Positions 10,330-22,339 of a stretch of 61,665 bases of DNA are shown here, in pieces. The stretch is from assembly GCF_001194135.2 (NCBI RefSeq), contig NC_068981.1, positions 67,028,817 to 67,090,481 on the forward strand. The letters are read 5' to 3'. Each line of letters begins with the position of its first letter. Position 1 is the first letter of the stretch. The notes beneath the pieces are model-generated. The model was not told the origin of the DNA. It did no database searches and saw only the letters and a program-made list of their open reading frames with translations. Source of the stretch: Octopus bimaculoides (Eukaryota). The position numbers and the translations under genes are program-made.

Positions 10330-12150
10330 AGTTGTTGTTGTTCTCCTCTCCTGCTTTTTAATATACTATGCGTACGGGCATCGGCAATCGTGGACTTTCA
10401 CCTCCATCTCTCTGCTCACAACTTAGCACATAATTTATTGGCCCGGTCTGTCTGTAGCCAGCTGGTAAGTCCATCAATCGTCTTTGTTCCTGTCTCTGTA
10501 TTTCACAGTGCTTTCCGATTAGTTTCCCAGTTGTAAGCGAGTGCTCAAGGCTTTTTCTTCTCATCTCATAGTGTCTCCTTATATTCATTATTTCTTTGTC
10601 TCCTTATATTGGTCTTGACTTGTATAAAGCAAATTCAATCAATGCTTAAGTTTCTATAGAGTATCATAAACATTCATCTAAGGAACTTAGAATATTGATT
10701 AGCTTTTGCATTTGTGGCTGATCAAGGTTACTCAATGGTATGTGAGGATGGGTTTTATGCATGCCTCTAGGAATATTTTCCTCACTTTCATTCATATCTC
10801 TTTATTTAACAATATTTGTTTAATTTCTCTAAAACAAACCTTGTTGATGTTTTGCCCTTTTATCTGTACCTGGTAGATGTTTAGTAGATCGTATAATTAT
10901 ACTACACTGTATAATGAAAACAAGTCGGGTGGTAACACCCCGCCCAGTTATATTTTCTCTTGATCTACTTATACAGTCCTATTTCATTTCCAATTCTCAT
11001 TGCTGCTCCTTGTTGTCAATATATGCTTTTGATTATTCGTATGTCCTTTCCACCTAGATATATATCTTTTAATATTTCAATGATTCCTACATGGCTTCCT
11101 GTATTAAATGCTTTTGAAATATAGATACAGATCATGTACTTCGATTGCTTTCCCAATGCCGTTTCTCAGAATGCACATAGAATTAACTGTACTTTTTTCC
11201 TCAATAAATCCAAATTATGCTTCTGATATTTTAGGCTTGTTTATATTTTTGGATCTAATCTTCGGGATACACAGCAAGTTTTATGTGATGTAACTCATAA
11301 GGTTGACGGTTCTGTGCAGCCCATATGTTAATACCCTAACTATAAAGTTTGTTTAGAGCAGTTCTTTAGGAATCTATCTTGTTCCTTAAGTGTTACTAAG
11401 AGGTCTTTTTCCTTTACTATTTTCAAATTTCCGACACCGACAATAATTTCTGTAAGAATATTACTTACATCTCAAGATTGAGCAAGTTGGATTGCATTCT
11501 GTGAGGTGTTAAGATTCAATTCCGTTTGGTGTTCAGGAAGATTTTATAAGTCAGCTTCATCTTATGCATATTATTTATAGGACTAATCTACTGTGCTTTT
11601 GCCTGTAGGTTAAAAAGAAAACAATTTGATCTAAGGATATCATGTTCTTGAAGTCAATCAGAAATTTCTAAAATCTAGACGTACCTTTTCAGAGAATACA
11701 ACCCTGTGGACATTCGACGGAGGCAGGATTGTAGCACAACAAAAGGAAAACATGGATATACATAATTTTAATTTAATTAATACATCTATCTTTCAAGAAG
11801 TTTCTCAAATTTTGTATCATAGTTTGAAGCATCGGTAAGTTTATATGTTCTATATCTCTCTATATTAAGTCCATTTGTAACAGATAACTTCAAACAGAAC
11901 GGACCCAGAATTGTCTCTGTGAGAGGAACTGAAGCAATTTACCTCAGCAATGTAAGTTTTATTCCTCTATGGATACCATAACATTTTCAAAATTGAAATG
12001 TGTAACTTATTCTCTTATAGTATTCAGATCGCAATTTAAGTTTATAAGTACTACTAGGTGGTGTCATTAGATGAGTTTGAGTAAGGCAACAAACGAAATC
12101 GTGTAATATTCTTATGAATCTGCTCAGTAACAATACCTTGATTTCTATTC
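10330..12150 (-). mobile_element. Old RTE-clade LINE relic
   Basis: The minus strand reads LEHSLTTGKLIGKH..RQ (RTE C-terminal LEKxIxxGKIEGKRxRGRQ motif) at 10480-10560, and FKAFNTGSHVGIIEILKDIYLGGKDIRIIKSIY*QQGAAMRIG (RT) at 10990-11140. The upstream boundary is approximate. Confidence 0.65.
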
Positions 12151-13969
12151 CTAGTTAGTAGAGAAAAAATGTTATATTATGATAACATTGTATGTCACGT
12201 AATGTTTGATAAAGGTATTTCAGCAGATGCCATATTGCTTGAGTAAACATAGGAGTGTTGCATATAAAAAATTTAACTGTTTAATTCTCAATTTTAGAAA
12301 AAAAAACCCCATTTAATAGTTGAATTATTTGTATTATAGAGGTAGATATATTAAAGACTGGTGATCTACTGCACCTTATCGTTTTATGGTGGTATTGTGC
12401 ATTGATATGAGTAATCTTATTTCTTTTGTAACCAGGGAAATTACTGCATTATACTATTTCAGTGTCTAACTGCACGACTACTGCAGCATGTCCTAATTCT
12501 ATTGTCCTTTAGTGGAAAAAAATAAGACGAACCATATCCTCTTCAAACCCGTACACATGCATCACTCATTCAGACAGTCCTATTTAGCGTTGTTGCTATG
12601 CACAGCGTGGGAGTTCTAAGGCACCTATTTATAAAAGTCAACATTTTCATACGTTTCTCTGGGATATGCTTTAAATTATCACTCTATTTAGCGAAACTTT
12701 GACAAGGTTTTGTATAAACATAGTTGCAGTTTATTCTATTTTCCCTGTCTGTCGGCGGTTTATATTCAGTAAATACAAATGATTGCAACTCTGTTATTTG
12801 CCTTGTTAATATATGTAATTTTTTGGTCTTTTTCTTGGTAGTGACAGTTTGATTGCGAGTGTTGTTTTTTCTATTTCTTCTTTTAACAAAATAAAAGATG
12901 TTTCCTTTTGCTGTTAGTCATATTTATATTTTTCTTTTTTATTTACTTTCTATTATTGATGCTATTATCACAGAAGATAGATGTAGTGGCATTCGTCTGT
13001 TTTGCTCCGAGTTTCTTTGCTGGCATCAACATTGTTGTTCAAAGTCACTTATAACTGCTGCTGAATATTCGGAAGCGTTTGTAACTTCATTGCTCCTATA
13101 TTTCCATGTGAGGATATTAGTAATTTTCTTGACGCCTGTCACTATATCCACGAGCAAACAAATTCTAGATTGTGTCTTTCATTTATGTTTATTTGTTTGG
13201 TGGATCTATGAAATCCATTCTTCTCCTATCAGTTGGTGGTCAGCAGTTAGTTCAATAATAATCTATATATTAACGAAAGTATCTCTTCTCGCCAATACTA
13301 TTTTGTCATCTAATAAAATGAGTAATACTATTTTGTCATCTAAAACACACGGAGTAAAGAAGAAAATTTTAATAAAGGTTGTAAAAAACGAAGCAATAAA
13401 CAAAAGATAACAAACACTGTTAAAAATTTCTAAAACGTTTTACTCAAACTTTTGTTGTGCAAACATTTAACAATGATTCACAACTTCTGTAGAAGTAGAC
13501 TTACTTTGTTATATTATTTTAGCAATTTGGCTTTAAAATATGGCGGAGATATTAAAATAATTTACGAATGTGTATCGAATACCAACAATAGAAGTAGAGA
13601 TAATTTCATATTTAGATGAAAAATAGATAGAATGCTAAACGTGCGTAATCTTCGATGATATATTGTATATCTGTCTGTTTGTCTGTCTGTCACCCTCAGC
13701 ATGTCCTCATCTCAACACACACATACAACATAAGTACATATATATATATAAACACACGCACTTATACACACATGTCCCCCCCCCCACAAGTTTCAAAAAT
13801 TGAACAGCAGCACGATGAAGGAACAAACGGAAATTTCACACACAAGATATGGACATACTACTCCCTCGTCGGTTAGCGTCCATTAATCATTATAATTTCA
13901 GACCCTTAACGATAATATTGTTAATTTTTGGTGGCGTTAACAGTAACAAGCTGCTGCGAATAATGAATG

Positions 13970-14133
13970 ATATATATATATATATATATATANNNNNNNN
14001 NNNNNNNNNNNNNNNNNNNNNNNNNNNNNNNNNNNNNNNNNNNNNNNNNNNNNNNNNNNNNNNNNNNNNNNNNNNNNNNNNNNNNNNNNNNNNNNNNNNN
14101 NNNNNNNNNNNNNNNNNNNNNNNNNNNNNNNNN

Positions 14134-14212
<79 letters not shown>

Positions 14213-14330
14213 CATATATGCATGCAGATATTGCAGATATGCATACATACATACGTACACACACACACACACGCACACGCACACGCACACACGTATATAT
14301 ACACTCATGCATATACACACAGTAGTACCA
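13970..14330. repeat. (TA)n - gap - (CA)n/(TA)n compound microsatellite
   Basis: Seen directly. Confidence 0.9.
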
Positions 14331-16127
14331 CAAAGCAGTAATATAAAAATGAACTTTAGTTTAGTTCAAACATATTTGGGACATATTTCAACTTCTAACG
14401 ACAAATAATTCACTACAGTTTATCATGGCTATATCCTTCTGAATTGAAATTGTCTTTGGAACTTCAAATATGTACCAAAAATATTAGAAGCCCATCAGAC
14501 ACACACACAAACACGCACAAATATACATACAAAATAAAGCACAAAAATACAGAAAATTAGCAGAAAACAATTAATCTACCTATCTATCTACATTTCTTGT
14601 TCAGATGACGGGGCTTAGCTGCTCGCATAATTGCTGCTTCTTATACAATAACTTACATCAATTTTCTGCATATGGAGACATACACATTACAACTTCTGAT
14701 GAACACTTACTCAAAAAAAAAAAAAAAAAAGAACAGTTGTAAAGAAGTGCCTCTACTTTCTGTCACTTGTTATACCATGGATTTTACTTATCTTTCTATA
14801 TTGAATCGAGACAAAGGACTACTCGAAATCTCCTGTGTCTCATCAACAACATAACTGAATGAATTCCTTGGCTTAGTATCTGTCTATATCGAATCTCTAT
14901 GAACTTCCACCATTCGTTGTTTTCTTCTAGATTCATGTATCTTTGTACTATCTTTTGTGTGAATATGACATAAATTACCTAATGTTTTACAACTACCTGT
15001 TCATATTTTATTCTATAACACATTAGCTCGACATGTACACTGCTTATAGTCAACTCTTATTTCAACGGATCCCATATCCCTCCTCTTAACGGCTGTGTGT
15101 AGGCAATGGGTCTGGTCTGAATACTTATTGTGCGTACCTAATATATTGTTTTTTCTTACCTATAACTTATACGTACATACATACATACATACATACATAC
15201 ATACACACATACATACGTACACACACATATATATATATATGTGTGCTTTGAAATAATACTGATCACCCTTTAATGGATATCCTTGGTCAGTAAATGTCAA
15301 CCGGTAGGTCTATTTATTGCACTCATGAGAAAAATGAATAACCATTTATTCTTATGCTTTCATCGATTCTGTACAGAATACTTGTGTATGTATTAAAATC
15401 AGTTTACTTCGGCTGTGCCACATAGTAGATCGATAAGATGTCTATAGTTTAGAAATCAAAATTTTCGTCTTGTAAAAACACAAAGAGTAACACTATACAT
15501 ATCAAATACAGAATATAGATGAAAGAGACAATTTCAGGAATTTATTTTGTCGAACCTGTTTATTATGTCTTTCTGAAGTTGATATTAAAATTATATCACG
15601 TATTAAGTATCTTTTTCATAGAAATACAAACAAACCGAAATTCCAAGAGTGTTTTCTATAACAACAAAGTAATTTATTTTTCCAAAAGGCTTTCTTTTAT
15701 CTACGCAACTAGAAACGAATGATAAATAGAATAAATATCATTAGATAGGGATTTATGTTTTATAGTTTTACTACAAGTTACTGTTTATAGCTAATGATAT
15801 CAAAATAAAATTCAATATTTTAGGATCCGAATATTAATATCAGTAAGGTTCTTCATTGCGTAGGCACAGAAATTATATATGTGTATATATAATTATGTAT
15901 GTGTACAGGCATCATGTCTGTTTGTGCTTGCACACTTACATACGTGCTCATATGCGTGTACGCACACACACACGTACACACACACACGCGCGCGCGCGTA
16001 TGCTGTACGTAGCGGTCACGTTATCAGTGTGTATTTTAAGTAAGTGATCATGCGATTAGAGAAATGCAGAATTACCAACTGGACATTCTGGGCACTTGCA
16101 AGATGCGTTGCATCGGTCAAGTCTATA

Positions 16128-16216
16128 TTACATTATTTGCATGATTTACATTGGACGCATATTTGTCCTCATCTTCTTTGTTGTTAACACAACGTTTCGG
16201 CTTAACCACTACGCCA
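16128..16216 (-). mobile_element. Internally deleted copy of the hammerhead-bearing SINE (head fused to tail)
   Basis: Reverse complement is TGGCGTAGTGGTTAAG-CCGAAACGTTGTGTTAACAACAAAGAAGATGAGGACAAATATGCGTCCAATGTAAATCATG, i.e. an A-box head joined directly to sequence matching 16409-16475. Confidence 0.8.
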
Positions 16217-16232
16217 TGTGCCCACGAGAATA

Positions 16233-16512
16233 CGGGGTAGTGGCTAAGAGTGCGGGCTACTAACCCCAAGATTACGAGTTCGATTCCAATCAGTGACCTG
16301 AACAACAACAATAATAATAATAACAACAACATCGAAGAATACCGTAGGAATGAGAACCCAGGTTCGAAATTTCCCCAAGACACCTGAAGAAGGCTGGAGG
16401 GTATATCAGCCGAAACGTTGTGTTAACAACAAACAAGATGAGGACAAATATCCGTCGAATGTAAATAATGTGAATAATGTACATAATTCCTCATCTCTTA
16501 AATATAGAACTG
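16233..16512 (+). mobile_element. tRNA-derived SINE-like element containing a hammerhead ribozyme motif
   Basis: A-box-like GGGGTAGTGGCTAAG, an anticodon-like arm, B box GTTCGATTCC (16278-16287), an (AAC/AAT)n linker, the hammerhead at 16379-16424, and a 3' end with 9-mer repeats (gtaaataat/gtgaataat/gtacataat). Confidence 0.75.
16379..16424 (+). ncRNA. Predicted minimal type I hammerhead ribozyme
   Basis: Stem I GACAC(16379-83)/GTGTT(16420-24); core CTGAAGA (16384-90) plus an extra A; stem II GGCTG(16392-96)/CAGCC(16407-11); GAAA (16412-15); palindromic ACGT helix III; predicted cleavage after GUU (16419). Confidence 0.7.
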
Positions 16513-16599
16513 AACTCCATATTATATCAGATGGATTTTCGGTCCTGTATTCTGGCATGGAGCACCATCATATGTATGGAGCTGACATTATTTCGAACA

Positions 16600-17690
16600 A
16601 CGAGGCTGCTGCAGCGTTGGTGTGCTGGAAACCAAAATATGAGCATATTTTAACACAGTTTCAAACAAAACACAGAAAAGTTACCGCGGGTGAGGTGTAT
16701 ACACCGATGTAAACCGAAGCTGGAAGATAAATTCTATGACCACTTCCAGGATGTGTTATTGGCGATTGCAATGCACAATTGGATTCGAATAAGCGGAGAA
16801 GCCGTATGTGGTAGGATCTCATGGCAAAGCGAATGAGACCAGCATCAACGGAGACAGTATGCTGTCACTGTTTGGCACCACAACACTCAATGTGGGGAAC
16901 ACCATCTTTCAACACAAAAAAAAAAAAAAATCTTCAGCATAACTTGAACGGCCCCGGATACAAATCCAAAAGATGAGATTTATATTTACATTAGTGGACG
17001 ATGGCGATCATCGCTGCATACTGTCGGAAAAGTTACATTAAAGTTGAAAAAAAAAATGAAAGAAACCAAGAAGCTGTTTGAGATAGCGAAGCTTAAAGAC
17101 TTGTAAGCATAGTCAAAAACAGGTTTGTAGCACTGCGTCATACTAACGACATTGAGGAGCAGTGGAAGCTGTTTCAGCAGGATGTAACAGAAAATTCAAG
17201 CGTCACCTTAGGCAGGTCAAGAGATTCGGACAAAAAGAGGTGGATAACAGCAGAGACGTGGACTTATATCGAAGGAAAGGATGCAGACCAAAGCAAAACG
17301 TGAAAGCCCTGCAATGAAGACTATCGAAGAACAGATCGTGAAATGAAGAAAATGTGCAGAAGAAGCGAGCAGTGGTGGCTAGAAAAGAAATGTATGGAAG
17401 CTCAAAGCATCTGTGGACAGAAACGACTCGCAAACTGTTTATAAGATCGTGTGCGAGTTAATAAGTACGAAGAGTAAACTCCAGTGTGCTGATCAAAGCT
17501 AGGAATGGTAAAATGCTTACCACGGAAGAGGATGAAGCAATGCACTGGAAAGAACATTTTCAAGAAGCTTTCAGTCAATCGATTCCAGTTACTACATTTG
17601 AAATGGGTAACAAAAAATCATGAATGAACTGAGCATCAACATAGTGATATAATAATAGCAGAAGTGGACAAGACAAGTTGGTGAAGAATC
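16600..17690 (+). mobile_element. Decayed RTE LINE (APE endonuclease + linker)
   Basis: Reads VYTP..DKFYDHFQDV..IGDCNAQ, NGDSMLSL..NVGNTIFQHK, YISGRWRSSL, ITAETWTYIE, IKARNGKMLTTEEDEAMHWKEHF. Confidence 0.75.
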
Positions 17691-18785
17691 TTTGATTCTC
17701 TTGGCAAAAAGAGTCATCAACAGCAGATATGGTATCATCTTTGCGTTACAGGTTCCCAGACAAGTGTTTTTTCATGTTGGGGAATAAATGATAGTTATAT
17801 GGGGCAAATCAGGAGAACAGGGGTCTGATCAACGAGTTCAAAGTTATAGTCACACACAGTAGCTGTTGTAAGCAAGGACTTGTGTACTGGATCATTGTCC
17901 TCCTGAATCAAGACCCCTTTCATCAGTTTACCTGGGTGTTTAGTCTTGATAGCTTTTAGTATCTGCTTCAGCAACTTGGCATGGTACTCTTCATTGATAG
18001 TGTAGCCCTTTTGAAGATAAACACAAAGCCTTTTGCATTCCCCAAAAGTAAGGTCATCACCTTCCCTGCAGATGCAACGACCTTGGCCTTTTTAGAGAAA
18101 GTAATGAGGAGTGTTTCCATTATATGGATTATCTCTTTGTCTTTGGCTCAATATGATGAACCTAACACTCATTCTGGTTTAGGAGAGGTTCAAGGAAACC
18201 AGCCTACCTCAAACAATGTGAGATTTTCCCGTGGTGTGATCAGCCTAGCGCGTTTTTGATCAGGTGTCAGATGATGTAGCACCACCGAGCAGAAACTTTT
18301 GTCATGACAAATTCATTGTGTTGAATATTCTCAGTTCTCTCACGGGATATGCTAATAACATTGGCTATTTAATTTAGAGTCAATCGCCTTCATCCATCAT
18401 CGTGTGGTGAACACAATCAATGTTTTCTTCGGGGATGGAAGTTGTAGGACGTTCAGACATTGGGTCGCCTTCAAGGCTCTTCCTTCTTCTCCTAAATTCA
18501 GCCTCTCAGTTTTGCATAATTGATAAAGCGGAAGCATCGTCTAATGTAGCAACTATGTCAGCATGTATGTCCTAGGAGGATAAATCCTTTTTCTGCCGCT
18601 ACTCGACAACACGACGATTTCAAGAGAAATTGCTACGAGTTACTTTTGAAGTCTACTTTGAACAGTCAGATGTCAATTTACCTGGAAAGAAACAATGCAG
18701 TTATTAATAAAAAGAGGTGAAATTAATGCATGCAACATTTCACAGTTGTAGCATTAATCCATCATGGTCAGTCTATGAGCTGGCA
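17690..18785 (-). mobile_element. Mariner transposon, decayed (same family as 56990-58209)
   Basis: The minus strand reads KGVLIQEDNDPVHKS..YNFELVDQTPCSPDL and IHADIVATLDDASALS. The 5' non-coding part and TIR remnant (ggtcagtctatga) match the 57-58 kb copy. Confidence 0.85.
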
Positions 18786-19289
18786 TATGATGATTTTTGA
18801 CTCTAAATGGACTCTTACACACTCACCTACACACACCAATTACACATATAATATGTAATCCTAGCTTCAATTCAAATACTGTGGCATGGCGAACTGGAAC
18901 AACACAATTGATGGCTCAGATGGAAAGATATACCGAAAAGCATTTAGAAATGAAAAACCGACTTTTCTTAACCATTCAATCCCACCTTAATGGAATAAAT
19001 ATCAAGCCAAGTTTTACTTATTAACTTCGTCTTGGGGAAGGGAGCGTGTATCTAGTTTTTGTAGGTCCCCGAGATTGGTAATATTGATGTAGTTAAAAAT
19101 TCCTCTTGAACAGTTGCCACTTAACGACTTCATGTAAAACATGATGAACAGGGAGTGTATTTCAGATACGTTACCTTCAAGAGAAAGGAATGAGGGTTGT
19201 GTTTAGTGAAGGCACTTAAAGTGGAGGAGGTGGATACAACCATATATTTTAATCGAGATATCTTTTATCAGTCAAACAAATCGCCCTCA

Positions 19290-19590
19290 ACACTTTTTTA
19301 ATGTTTGGGGCTAAGTTTATCTGTCTCCACCAAATTACGGGGACGCAAAGAGAGCTATTCCGGTTGTTAAGCGGTGAGGGTGAACACAGAATCACAAAGA
19401 CTCTCTCTCTCCCATAAACACACACAGAGACATCTACATACACATATATATGTATGTATGACAGTCTTCCACTTAGTTTCCCCTGGACCAAATTTACACA
19501 AAAGGCGTTGGTCAGGCCGGGGCTATAATAGAACCCGAAAGCTCGTGAGTGAAAAGCGAGCTTCTTAACCAGACATCCATGCATACGTCT
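19290..19590 (-). mobile_element. tRNA-derived SINE with internal microsatellite
   Basis: The reverse-complement head gcatgg..tggttaagaagctcgctt..ttattatagccccggcctgaccaacgcc matches the copy at 45806. An internal (CA/TA) tract precedes the tail. Confidence 0.65.
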
Positions 19591-21892
19591 ATGTATAGAA
19601 GCTTTTAGGAAAGATACGTTAAGTATATATTCAACGTCACGATTGTTTCCAGTTGATGGGATACTGGCTTCTATCAGATACATGAAATATGCAACGACGT
19701 AAATTAAAGCATTTGATCCTAAAACTCAACGAAGAGGGTCCAGCGTATTTGAATTATTCTTGACGTGAGTCGATAACCTAATATCTTATTCACTCGCCCG
19801 TTTCATTTCCTTGGAACAAATATATGAAACTGAATATATCCAACATCAGACTTTCCTCCTGTCATTTTTATAATCAGATTCTAATAGATGTCTTATTTTT
19901 TTTATCTGTAAATTCCCATACTTTGCCAAGATTGTTGCAGCATTTTATTTATAAAATATACAAACCTACATATATCTACTTCTATGTCTATTTATATACA
20001 TAAATATAAGTATATGCAAGCATATACGTATATATGTACATATATATGTAAATATATTCATGCGTATGTATGTATATATATATACACACATACATCCTAG
20101 ATATATATTTTCTTGTTTATCTTAAAAAAATACTTCCGACAATTTAAAAAAACAGTGGGTATGTATTGGCACAATTCAAATATTATGTCTATAATTTTGA
20201 TATATTTCACAAGCAACTACTTTAAGCATATAACACAACTACTGTTACAGCAACAACAACAATGATGATGATTATGATGCTGATGTTAGCGCTGGTGGTG
20301 ATGATGATAATTATAATAATAACAATAATAATAATAAATAAATTAATACATAAATAAATAATCCAATAACAGTAGACATTTTCTGCTGGGAAGGTTTCCT
20401 GTATAATTGGAAGAGAAAAGAAAGTTAATAGATAGATTGAAAATATACGGAAATACGATACCACTTATGAACAAAAATAGTAATGTTCCGAATCGAATTA
20501 CTTTATACTGTCTTAGTTATTATATAGAGTTTGAGCTGAACTTTGCCAATTAATTGCAAATATGATGTAGCTGTACGCTGTCAAGCCAAGCGAGACTAAT
20601 TATGACGTGCAATGTCTCTCGAATTTTGGCTAATTCGTATTATCATTATTATTACTATTATGATTATCATTGTTATTTATACACATTCGATCATAGAACA
20701 TATTGAAACATTCGACAGGTATTGATTCTCTAACTGGAGGCAACCCAAGTTAAACATTTTCCTAATTTTCGCTTTCCAACTGTTCAATTATATTGATTTT
20801 TGTTGTACAAATGCTGTTGTTGATGCTGTTGCTTAAGCAGTAATGAGCGATATCATGGTAACAACTGGATGTCACACAAATGATGAATTTCTAGAAATAA
20901 TCAAAATTATATTCGGTCTGACTGTAATCTGAATAAGTTTTATGTAAGGTACAATTTTCTTATGGGCCTTCCAAGCTCCAGTGCATAGTAGTACATTTTC
21001 AGTGTCATGTAATTAGAGTTCTGCTCTGTAGGAACTGGAATGTTGCAATTACATATTAAGTCTATCATACTGTAAACGAAATATGCAGCGTATATTTTCA
21101 TTGTGTATCTACGTATGTCAGCAAAAGTTTCATATTTTGAATATTTTGATATAGACAAATGAATATGTATTTGCGGTAAGTATCAAATGTTATGAATGAC
21201 ATGTCCGTGATATATGAGATAAATGAAGTATCAGAGGAAAAGTTGTTATGAAGAAGGAAAATAAAATAAATAGAAAAAAAAACACTGTTTCTGGAAAATA
21301 TCTCACGAAAACAATGATTGTAATTTGCATTTCGTTTTGTCTTTTATGCATATCTTGCCCAGATATATGTCGAAAACAATTTCTTATATTGAAACAATGC
21401 CAGCATTTTATAGGGTAGTCGTATGATAGATTCAATCAGCTGCAGTATAAAACCGATATATTTTATTGTCAGTACAGAGAATAAAGTAAAAATTCGTGGT
21501 CACTGTCAATTAGATTAAGGCCATAAGTAATTTTTTTTTGCGGTATTTATTTAGACACTCTTTCAATTCTGCCATTTAAAGAACTTTGGGAAAATGGAAA
21601 TCCAGAATTAAGAGTTAAATACACTTAATGTATTAAGTAAAAATTGAATTTAGAATTTTGAAAAATCTTGTGCACAATAACATTGTAATCCTTTGGAAAT
21701 ATGTTAATCATTTTGAAAATTACTTGGAGTTTACATGTGAGGAAATATTACATATCTTACAGTATTATTTATTAACTTAAATTCTTATAAGTTTCAACTC
21801 CTCAGTAAGGATTAAGTTCACTTTTCACATAGGGTTGTTAAAGTGAAAAAAAGGCATCAGTAATATATCATGATCTAATTAACTACAAGTGG

Positions 21893-22078
21893 TAAGGTGA
21901 CGAGCTGGCAGAATCGTTAACGCAACAGGCAAAAATCTTAGTGTGGCATTTCGACCGAGGTCGAGTTTGTCTTTCACATTTCAGGGTCGATGAAACAAGT
22001 AACAGTTGAATACTGGGGGTCGATGTAATCAATTTAACTCCGCCCCAAAATTGCTGGCCTTGTGTCAAAATTTGAAAT
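21893..22078 (+). mobile_element. tRNA-derived SINE (gagctggcagaatcgttagc family)
   Basis: Head gagctggcagaatcgtta, body tttcacattt..gggtcgat..tactgggggtcgatgtaatc, tail aaaattgctggccttgtgtcaaaa. Sister copies at 30861 and 37989. Confidence 0.8.
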
Positions 22079-22167
22079 TAAATTAATTACAAGTGGTCTT
22101 GTGTCTAACCAACAGACGATGTGCATCAGTCAGTATAAGGTGCTGGTCAATCAGACAAGTGGAGAGA

Positions 22168-22339
22168 AAGTTCATATGTCATTTCTGCTACACAGTAAAG
22201 TACTCAACGGATATATANNNNNNNNNNNNNNNNNNNNNNNNNNNNNNNNNNNNNNNNNNNNNNNNNNNNNNTATATATATATATATATATATATATCCGT
22301 TGAGTACTCTACTGTGTTGCAGAAATGACATATGAACTT
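22168..22339. repeat. 43-bp inverted repeat pair flanking (TA)n and a gap
   Basis: 22168-22210 versus the reverse complement of 22297-22339: 2 mismatches. Confidence 0.85.

Noticed and set aside
12898-13410. 170-aa hydrophobic ORF that might be a membrane protein or GPCR fragment
   Set aside because: No recognisable motif. The hydrophobicity is explained by T-rich DNA.
16233-16295. tRNA gene
   Set aside because: No acceptor stem pairing, an imperfect anticodon stem, and it is embedded in a longer repeat. It is a SINE head, as are 21893, 30861, 31940 and 45806.
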